From Epithemia pelagica (Eukaryota > Protista > Bacillariophyta), in assembly GCA_946965045.2 (NCBI GenBank), contig OX337238.1:3224001-3288000 (forward strand): 64,000 nucleotides of DNA, in the 5' to 3' direction. The translations under genes and the position numbers were made by a program. The first letter of the stretch is position 1. Every line of letters begins with the position of its first letter. Under the pieces are notes generated by a model, which was not told the origin of the DNA, ran no database searches, and saw only the letters and a list, made by a program, of their open reading frames with translations. Shown one piece after another: positions 21,901 through 30,962 of this stretch.

Positions 21901-23607
21901 GGGTGGTTCCTCATCTGGTACCACTGTCGATTCGAGATTTGTCGTCGTCGTTGTGGGTTCCGCTGGTTCCAACAACAAGGCCTTGTCGTCGTCGTTGTCA
22001 TTATTAGGTGAGTTCTCCTCCTCCTCTGGGTCGTTGGGAGTGTTGTTCGAGTCAACCTTCTCCTCGGTCTCCCGTACTAGTGGTTCCGTTGGTTCGTCGG
22101 GGGTGTCGTCCTTGGCCTCGGACAGTGGTGCCTCCTCCTCCTCGTGGTCCACCTCGGAGCCGCCGCCAATCGTTTCCTGGGACGGTGCTTCCAGAACGGG
22201 GGCGAGCCACAAGGTGTCGTCTTCTTCTTCTCGTTCTGTTGCTTGTTCTTGTTCGTTTTCATTGTCGTTGTTGGCGGAATTCACCCTTGTGGTGGAATCC
22301 TCCTTGGGTGCGGTTGGTTTCTTCTCGTCGTGTTCCTCTTTTACGTTGAGAATGGAATCCTCCTTGGGTTTGTCCGGTGTTTCTTCTTCTTGCTCCTCTT
22401 TGTCTTCATCTTCGAGAATGGATTCGTCCAACACTCCTGCACTCGTCGTGGTTCCGGAAAACAAGGCGAGTCGGGGCGGCGAGTCCACATGCTCCTCCGA
22501 GTCGACCGAGTCATTCGGGTCCTGGTGGTCCGGTGTGGTGGTGGTGGTGGTGGTACTGGGATTTCCAGCCGTATCGACGGGATGGTGCTGACGAAGGGGT
22601 GTCGTGGGATGGGGTGTCAAGGGACTCAGGGGAGCGGGGGCAGCCACGCTATCACTGGCCTGTGGTTTGGTCGGTGTCGTCAATGTGCTGGTAGACGTGT
22701 CATTGGCTGCTGCTGCTGCTGCTTTGGTGGGCGTGCTGGTCAATGTTGTTGCATCTGTAACAGTGGCTGTGGTGGTGGTGGTGGCGACCACTGTGGTCGG
22801 TGGTGCTGGTGCACGGACCGGATTGGCCGTCGTAGTACTATTGCCAGTTTTGTTGCTATGGTTGCTTTTTTTGCGTTGAAACAGTTTGCGCAAGGATCCG
22901 CGCGAGGAAACGGACTGGGCATCGCTTTCTCCATGGTTCATCATCAAGGCACTGGTACTTTTGCTACTGTTGCGAAAGGGCGAAAAGCGTTGGCGCCAAC
23001 TCCGTCGACTGCTGGTACTCGTGGTGGACTGCAACGTCGATTCCGAATAGGCCGACGAGAGTGACACATTGTCAATGTCATGGTCCACAATGCCAGCGCC
23101 CGTGGTTTGTTGCCATCGCTTGCAAAATTTGCGCGTCCGTCGTTCGGGGACATTCCAAGTGGCGTGCTGTTCCAACAGTTGCGCATGAATGCCGCTGATA
23201 TCCAATTTGGTCTATAAATACAAACAACAAACACACAAAACAAGAGGACCAAGAAACAAGAGGATATCCATGTATCCGTCCAGACCCAACGACGACGAGG
23301 ATATTATTATCATCATCATCATCATGATTGTCACGAGAAACGACCAACCACAATAGAGAAACAACAACAACAATAAGAACAAACCGTGAGTGACAAGGAC
23401 ACTATACTCCAAGGGATCCTTCCCTTCCGTTTGCCAACGTACCGACGACGATTGCTGTTGTTGTTGCTGTATCGCCGTGGCCAGGAGGGGTTGCAACGTG
23501 CGAGTCAATTCCTCCGTGGTCGGAACGACGGTCCGTCGAGGAGGAGCATTGGAGGAAGATGGCTTGTTGCTCGTAGTGTTGGTGCGAGCACTCTTGCGGC
23601 GAAACAT
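18988..23607 (-). CDS. Large acidic membrane-anchored protein, family member F2 (~1462 aa; exons 23607-23443 and 23211-18988)
   Basis: Exon 1 RRTVVPTTEELTRTLQPLL, phase-0 intron GTACGT...TTTATAG, then IHAQLLEQHATWNVPERRTRKFCKR, ~900 aa of Glu/Pro/Thr-rich low complexity and TM helix WTWLIVPVLMSLLVVASLGGSWCF. Exon 2 is an open 1405-codon ORF. Confidence 0.85.
21293..21370. repeat. (TTC)n microsatellite, ~26 units, encoding poly-Glu in F2
   Basis: Uninterrupted ttc run. Confidence 0.95.
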
Positions 23608-24605
23608 GGTGCGTTCGTTGGTTCTCTTGGAAGGAGAGGTGCGTTCGATCGAAGAGATCCGTCCAGCGACCGAGGAAACTGGAATGACTCAAGAGAGGTG
23701 CGTCGATGGCAGCCACAGCGAAGTGAATGGAATGCAATCTCGTTCTCTCTCTCTGGAGCCACTCTTGCTTGTCTTGTGATGATGATACTATGGATCTTGC
23801 CACAAAAACGCTTCAAGAAGAACAATTGTGTGGTAGATTGTGGACCTGCTCGCCAGATGAAACTGAGTTCCAAAGACACTCTCACTCATTCTCACTCACT
23901 CTTGCGTTTTCTATCCCTCTTTCAATCTCCTCGTGTTGTTGGGGAGAAGAGGAATCCCCCAAAGTCCCACAAGTTGACACTTGCGACACGAGGAACTGTC
24001 AGTCATTGTCGCAGAGTGCCCTTCTGACATGGCTCACGTCAGTACCTCCAAGCTCCCAAAGGACCAATCAGAACACGACAAGCCCCCATGGAAATTGGCG
24101 ATGGTCCCCCATCTACTCTTGGCCTCTATAGTCAGTCAGTACGACGGTCTCGCGCCCGTCGGTCTTTTCCGGCTCACACAATTCTCGGTTGGACCAAACA
24201 AGCCCGACCCGAAAACAGGTCCGTAGGGACGTCGAGTTCCATTCTTTCGTTTCTTGTGGTTCTTCATGCTGTGTATTGGGTGTCCTCCAATATATAAACT
24301 GACCAATGGATGGTTGGAAGGGAGCCGATTCATTCTTGTTCTTGGACCCAAAGTGGTTGGATCTCTAGGAGGAGTATCGATATTACCTAGGTAGATAGTC
24401 TGGCATCTATGCATCTGAATTCCTAGGGAAGCATATCGTCGTATCCATTTGTGTATCTAGGTAGGTATTAGGTAGGTGGGTCAGGAAGGATTGTCACAGA
24501 GAAACCACAAACAAAAAAACCAAAAAATCATAGGGTCCTGCACCATTGTAGAGAGAACGTATCGAATCGAATCGAATCGAATCCAAGGAACCACTGTGGT
24601 ATAGT

Positions 24606-25493
24606 TTATTTGCGCGCCCCGTGTCGGGCCAAGCCAATCCAACAGGCGGCGGCTACCAAGGCCACAGTCACCACGACCGTGGTGGTGCGATAAAAGTGGC
24701 TGTTCGAAGAAGAAGATGGTTGGGAGGTGACATTGTTCTCCTCCTCCTCGTCCTCGGCAAGTGCCAAGGATCGATCGGCTGCATCAAGTTCTTGTTCGGG
24801 TTCTGTGGTTTCCTCAGCTGCCGTTGGTTCTGATTCCTCGGTCGAAACCACCTCGTTATCTTCGGCCGATGACGAAGTCGACTTGGTCAATTCGGTCGAG
24901 GGCGGCGGCAACAACAAGTCATCCTTGTCTTCTGTTTGCGTGGGTGTGGTGGGCGACAACAAGGAGGGCAGTGGTTCGGCTTGGGCCGATTTGCTCGCTG
25001 GCACGGTTTCGACGGGTGGTACGGCCAAATTGTTCTTGCTGCTGCCACTGTTGCGTCCAAACAAGCGTCGCAGGGATCCTCGCGATCCCACGGAGGCGGC
25101 ATCGTCGTCGGCACTATTGTTTGATTTGTTGTTGTTGCGCCAGGAAAAACTGCGACGACGGCCACTCCGCGAGGAATCGACCGACTGGAGGTCGCTCGTG
25201 GTGTCGTTGGATTGCAAGCGCTTGACAAATTTGGTGGTACGGCGTTGGGGGACATTCCACGTGGGATGCCGTTTCAACAAGGCGGCATGAATGCTGGCAA
25301 TATACGTGGTCAAGGAGGTAGGAGCGACAAGGGGCCCGGCTTCGGCCATTAAACTTTGCAAACTGCGCGTCAATTCCGTCGATTGCGGCACGTAGGTCCG
25401 TCCGACGGCCACTTTACTCGGACTACTACGGGCCGCTTGTTGCTTTTTCTTGTCCAAGGCGGAGCGATTGGGAGAGGACGGGGAGGATGACAT
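24606..25493 (-). CDS. Tail-anchored protein, family member F3 (~295 aa, single exon)
   Basis: MSSSPSSP...RTYVPQSTELTRSLQSLM...IHAALLKRHPTWNVPQRRTTKFVKR...GSRGSLRRLFGR, with C-terminal TM VVVTVALVAAACWIGLA followed by RHGARK-stop. Confidence 0.8.
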   Translation of the reverse strand: MSSSPSSPNRSALDKKKQQAARSSPSKVAVGRTYVPQSTELTRSLQSLMAEAGPLVAPTSLTTYIASIHAALLKRHPTWNVPQRRTTKFVKRLQSNDTTSDLQSVDSSRSGRRRSFSWRNNNKSNNSADDDAASVGSRGSLRRLFGRNSGSSKNNLAVPPVETVPASKSAQAEPLPSLLSPTTPTQTEDKDDLLLPPPSTELTKSTSSSAEDNEVVSTEESEPTAAEETTEPEQELDAADRSLALAEDEEEENNVTSQPSSSSNSHFYRTTTVVVTVALVAAACWIGLARHGARK

Positions 25494-28400
25494 GGTGATG
25501 ATGATATAGTATGGAACAATCAATTCCCAACAATCCAGGAGGAGAAGGTGTGTTTGAGGTTCTGTTGTTCTTGCTTGACGTAGGACTGTGGCCAACGAGA
25601 TTCAAGGCTACTGATCGAGTAATAAGGTTCGGTTGGTTGGTTTCGGGTTTGGATTGAGCTCCACGAATGAAGAACAAACGAGGGCAAGACAGTAGAAACA
25701 GGATCTACTGGAGATGTGTGGTGCTACGACTGCAACCTTCTTTGAGAGTTGTTGTTGTTGTTGTGGTGGTGATTCGACTCTTTGCACGACGAGAGAGAAA
25801 AAAAAAGTACGTGTTCGCGATGGACGAGAGAGGTTTTTCCTTGGGCCTGTGTGCCTTTCTCGTGTGGTATCTTGTATCTTGTACCACAACCAGGAAACAC
25901 ACAACGTCAACAAAGCAACGTCTGTAACATGCAACGTCACTGATTTTTGCGAAAATATAGGGGGATCTGGCAGTAGAAGAGGGGAAAAAAGAAGGAGAAA
26001 AAAAGAAGAAGAAAAGGAAAAAAGAAAAAGAAGGAAGAAATTATGGTAAGATTCCCTTCGTCGAGAACGTGCGATTGCCGCTATCAGAATGTGATCTAAT
26101 TGGCTGTTGTCTTTGTCACTGTTTCTGCCCCTGTGTGCAATGTGTGGTGAGTGCGTGGTGGACCACGAAGCAGGAAGGAGGGGATTTGGCAGATCCCCAC
26201 TACCACAGTACGTATGAGTCCACGGTAAGTGCCTGAAGCGACTGTCTTTTGCTTAAGGTAAACAGTGTCATACTCACATATGCCCGATTGCTTCTCCAGC
26301 GAAGATATTAGCATTCACCACAAAAGAGTGCGTAGAAGTGTCGTACCACTGGTACAAGGTAAGCCTAGCTACGGCAGGATTTCGGAAGTGGTTGCTCATT
26401 TTCCTCTAGCTCATTATTTCTTGGACGATGGTTTTCTCACTGCTGTTGTTGTTCGTATCGTTAATGCTTATTTTGCTATTTCTTGCGTGTACAGCACCAT
26501 GGTACGTTGTCCCAGCCAGGTGCACTGATATTCCATTGATCGAATTGGTTGTTCTAACATTTTTCTTTTTTAAAATGGTGGTCGGTTACTCTGATGGTTT
26601 CGGCATGATTTGTCGTGTGGTGGAATGCCTCTACGGTTTTCCCGATTCCAATATTGGATGTTGCGAATGCAACAGTTCTGTATTGGCTGCATTTGAGCCG
26701 GGGCAACAGGCGGTTGATGTGGCTGATGAAGATTCCCAACGGCCGGGCACATGATCGTCGAGAGAAAAGCTGCTTGTTGCAAGAGCTGCTGTTGTACCTG
26801 GTAAATATTGGGCATCGATGATGGTGCCAACGGTGGTTGTTGTTGTTGTGGTGGTGGCGGTGGTGGTGGAAGACTGGGCTGCTCCCTCATTGTTGGCTGT
26901 TGCTGGTTTGTGGTAACTCGTGTTGTCGTTGTGCTTGTTGCGTTGATTTGGTTCTGTTTGACAGGCCGAGTCACTTGGATTGGTTCTTGTTCTTGAGCAC
27001 TTGCCTCACACTCTTGCATCTCGCTGTCTTCTTCTTTTTCCTCCTCCTCTTCTTCTGGTTCTTTATCGTCTTCCATGTCCTGGTCGCTACCACTGTCCGA
27101 GTCTTCGCGGTTCGATATTTCGTCGTCGTCGTCGTCACATTCGAGCATTGTCTCATTGTTTGTTGCGTCCTCTGTTGGTTCATTGCATTCGTTGCAGGGG
27201 CAGTGGTCATTGCTGAGGAATGCCACTGGCCATGTTTGTTGGATCTGTTTTTGTATCGGCAGGTATTCGGAGAAGAATCGTTCTCCATTGTCAGGAGGTA
27301 AGTCTTCGACCCAATCAAATGGTTTGCTCGCTCCACAACGAACTGCCAGTTTGTTGATGAAGGCAAGCTCCTGGTGATTGAAGTGACTAACGACACTTTC
27401 CCATGCTGCAGGCATTTCGTGTTCCTCTCCTCCATTGAAGCCGAGGCTAAACGGATTTTGAGCCGGATTTGTTTGTTATATCGTGCCGTTCCACAGAGGT
27501 TGATGACATCACTGAGATCCTCGTGCATTCCTCCATTTGCAAAGTGTGCGAGATTGTCATGCCATGATTCGAGCTTCGACTCGCCCCGGTAAGAAATCCA
27601 CTCGCTGAGCCCATGTTTTGAATTTGGACCTGGCTTGATCTCACGATACATTTCACTTACAGGGAGTGGGTCCGAGAGATATTCTGCCTTTTTCTTGCAG
27701 TTCTCAATGGCAAGGTGAGTGTCCATTGTAAACAGTGTTTGTTGCGTCCTTGGGTCGACTCGTCCTCTTGCTGCTCCAGATCCCTCTGACGCAGTTACCT
27801 TGTACTTGCATTTCCATTCTTCAAGCTTGGTGATGATTGTTTCCTTCCGCCTGATTCTTTTCCGTAAGTGCTTGCCGTATCGTGTCCGAAACTGCTTTGT
27901 CTGTCGCATTTCAACAATCTCTTTGTCAGACAGTTTCTCACCTGTACTTGACATTGTGCCATCTTTCAGAGCCGTCACAAGTTTGTTGAAGTCGCGATCA
28001 TCATAGTCGTACAATGCATCCAACAAATCTCTTATTGCGTGTCCGAAGTCGATATGGTTCTTTCGTAGTGTCTTGACGATCCTCTGAATGAAATGGAAGA
28101 GTCCTAATCTTCCCTTGAGCTTCCTTCCATTCTTGTCACGCAACAATTCCTCCCAGAAGCTTTGCTTATGGGGCCAGGTGTCGGAATACATGATTGAGGG
28201 TTTAAAATTTGGTCGCTTGGTGAGTTGAATTAATGCATGGGCGAAGTGTTTTGTCTCCGTGCTTCTAACCAGAATAGCCAATGCTACCTCGCCATGTTCA
28301 TTGCAGATATCCCACAGTGCTTCAGCTTGCAGTCTCTTTGGGTAGTTCTTTACCACCTGGTGAGTGTGATCTTGTGCGAAGCATATCTGACACTGTACCG

Positions 28401-29043
28401 CTTGTATTTCGCGTGTGTGTCGCTCCTTATCACTTGTTCGCCACGGATTCCACGTAGACATTGAGGCTTCAAGGTATGCCTTCCGAATTGTCTCGCCCAA
28501 TGGTGGAAACCGTGTCAGCCATTCGCCATCCTTCTTCGGGTAGTCCTGAGCCTTTTGGTGCGTCGAATCACAGAAAGACAGGTAGCTTGTAAGTCTCTTC
28601 CTGTAATCTCGGTTGATTGCACTATATAACAACCGACTACATAGATCTCCATTCCCATGGGTAATCAGTAGTTCCTCAAAAACAGTTGTAGCAGTGAGGT
28701 CTAGATGTTGAGCACCTCTAGCCCACTTGGCCTCGACCGGGTACCATTTTTGAAAATGTGAGGGCAGCATATTGATCAGCGCCCCATCATTACCGGCGTG
28801 CGTGACCTTGCATTCCGGGCAGTAGTAGTTGGTGACCAGGGCGTAGTGGGGAGCACCACCAAGATTAAAAATCGGAAATAGGCTCTTGGTCTTGGAAAGG
28901 TTGGTCCTGTCTCTTTTTAGAGTACAGTCCTTACACTTTGGACACTTAATCCCCAACGCTTGAAATTCTTCCGGAAGGAACAGCCCCCAATCCACAATGT
29001 ACAATTTCTGTCCTACTATTGAGTCCCAGAGGGCATTGTTGTT

Positions 29044-29826
29044 TGTTAGAATTCTCACCGTCTATGGTGGTTAGATTCTACATCTCATCGATTCCCCATG
29101 TCACATAGCCTCGTGCTATCGCATCATGCCCTCTAGCTTCGAGCTATGTTTCCTAGCTTCGCGCTATATCGACCTATATTTCTTCGCAAATCATGAAAAG
29201 TGAGAATAGATTGACGAACTCACTCTCAAGACTAAATTGGGTCGTGCGGTATTACAACGGACGTAAATTTGGCCGTTGCTCAGACACTGTACTAACGCCC
29301 TAAGCGTACGCGCCCGAAATCATCGAGCGCGCCCAAGCGACATCCGAGCGCTATCGGCATCTATCCGATCCAACGGTCTAAGTATCCCAAGCACGACACA
29401 CGATCACGCGAGACCATATTTCCATTCCCACAATCTCCAAATTGTCAACAAGCTGCGCGCCATGAAAACAACTATGCCAACCCAAAGCAAGAGCTGTTGA
29501 CCCTGTATATGTTATCCGCCCACATATACATGTCATATACATCACATGAATCAACTCCAACTATTCCAAACCTGTTGCCGCCAAGAACCTATGATACATG
29601 ACCCTTGGCAGGACCGAACATTTCACGTAGACCTATCGTAGTAATCAACACACAATCTAACAATATCACCATTTATCACATCCTCTTTTGTGTCCCGACT
29701 ATCCTTCTGATAGACTTCGACTTGCTTGCTTCTCTGACCCTGAGAAGCTTGTATCGGTTGGTGACCTACCTGATTGTCTGCTCTACCGAGCATCAATGTC
29801 CCTACGATTCAGAAAGAATTGTAACA
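29044..29826 (+). repeat. 5' LTR of C2a
   Basis: TGTTAGAATT...AATTGTAACA; no difference from 36645-37427 seen by eye. Confidence 0.95.
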
Positions 29827-29844
29827 GATTAACAGTCTCAAAGC
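29827..29844 (+). promoter_or_regulatory. Primer-binding site of C2, complementary to a tRNA-Asn(GUU) anticodon arm (half-tRNA type)
   Basis: GATTAACAGTCTCAAAGC; the complement is TGAGA-CTGTTAA-TC with self-consistent 31-39 and 30-40 pairing. Confidence 0.6.
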
Positions 29845-29862
29845 TTATTTCCTTGTGGTTTC

Positions 29863-30642
29863 ATGGATACTAACGAGATTATCACTCCTGTACGACAGAT
29901 CTATCGAGCCAACCTGCATCCCGGGCAGCCCGATACCCTGGTGCAGCAGGAACTGGTGCCGACGCCGAAGGCAGCCAACACATCGGTCAACATCTCCGTC
30001 GACAGTTCCAACAGCAATCCATTCGAGACTCCAACCCAGCCTCACGCTCCGATCCCTGCGCCGTTGCTTCGGCCCCCGAGTCCGCCTCGTCGGCTCGTCC
30101 CTTCTCGATCCCGTCGTACCACCCGGTTGATTGCTGATCATATCAAGTACTTCCGCCAACCAACTTGTTCGACCTTCGATCCCGAGATCATCCGTGGGGA
30201 GACCCAGATCGAACGCCAGTTCCAATCGGTGACCCACATCGTCGACCAAGAAGACATTGACCGTCTGAACGACCAACTTCACCGCTCTCCGAGGCGTCGC
30301 CTCATCTTTGCCGCCCTCTCGGGCAACCCCATCCGTACTGTCCACCTCCGCTTCCTAACCTTCGAGCGCCCAACTGGATACTACAATACCATCTACGTCG
30401 TGAACGCGACGACTTGCCCTCTGCCTCCTAACGTTGTACGCCTAGATAACTACGTTGCCTACATCCACGAGGTCCATACCATCGAGGACCATCGTGCAAC
30501 TATCTACCCTTTGCGTACCGAGGTCGAGAACCACCTGGCTGAAGGTGATACCCCTTCTTCTGTTGCTTGTGCTGCCCCATCTGAGCCTGGAAGCGACTCT
30601 GATCATTCGGAAGAGGGTGAGGATTCAGAGACCGAAGCTTAA
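29863..30642 (+). CDS. Additional ORF of unknown function in the 5' leader of C2a (259 aa)
   Basis: ATG-initiated 36 nt after the LTR, with C-rich third codon positions, Pro/Arg-rich N-terminus, globular-looking core and acidic tail. Identical in C2b. Confidence 0.7.
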   Translation: MDTNEIITPVRQIYRANLHPGQPDTLVQQELVPTPKAANTSVNISVDSSNSNPFETPTQPHAPIPAPLLRPPSPPRRLVPSRSRRTTRLIADHIKYFRQPTCSTFDPEIIRGETQIERQFQSVTHIVDQEDIDRLNDQLHRSPRRRLIFAALSGNPIRTVHLRFLTFERPTGYYNTIYVVNATTCPLPPNVVRLDNYVAYIHEVHTIEDHRATIYPLRTEVENHLAEGDTPSSVACAAPSEPGSDSDHSEEGEDSETEA

Positions 30643-30694
30643 TTACTCATAGTTAACTCCCGTCCTCTCAAAACCTTTCCAAGACTTAAACTCA

Positions 30695-30962
30695 ACGCAC
30701 ATCCGGGTACCCTTGGTCGCACAACACGCCACACATTCCCGTCAAATCGCGAAAATTCGGCGAAAATTTGTTGAAACTCGGCGAAAATTTGTCGAAATCA
30801 ACGGAAATTTCCAGGAGTCGCACATCACAACACACATCCGGGTATTACATACGTGGTACATACGTGGCACACGTGGTACATCCGGGTTCACATCACATCA
30901 CACATTAAATAAACCACATCACACCGCACATTAAATAAACATCGAACCAACCAAATAACACC
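30695..30962 (+). promoter_or_regulatory. Repeat-rich internal leader upstream of gag-pol, possible internal promoter
   Basis: Three ACATCCGGGT, two CGGCGAAAATTTGT, tandem ACGTGG/CACGTG boxes and two CACATTAAATAAAC just before the gag ATG. Confidence 0.35.

Noticed and set aside
16750-25290. Long + strand ORFs opposite F1-F3 (e.g. 295, 306 and 263 aa)
   Set aside because: Antisense shadows of low-complexity Thr/Glu/Pro-rich coding sequence.
25945-25950. TTTTGC / TTTTAC as a 6-bp target-site duplication of the array
   Set aside because: One mismatch in a low-complexity word. It could be microhomology or chance and is not enough to call a TSD.
26180-26198. GGGGAT-TTGGCAG-ATCCCC hairpin as a Helitron-type terminator
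   Set aside because: It is ~230 bp from the unit end, is not followed by CTRR, and the element encodes no Rep/helicase motifs.
29276-29832. Short ORFs (60-112 aa) inside the C2 LTRs, repeated four times
   Set aside because: Their recurrence reflects LTR identity only; there are no coding hallmarks and several use non-ATG starts.
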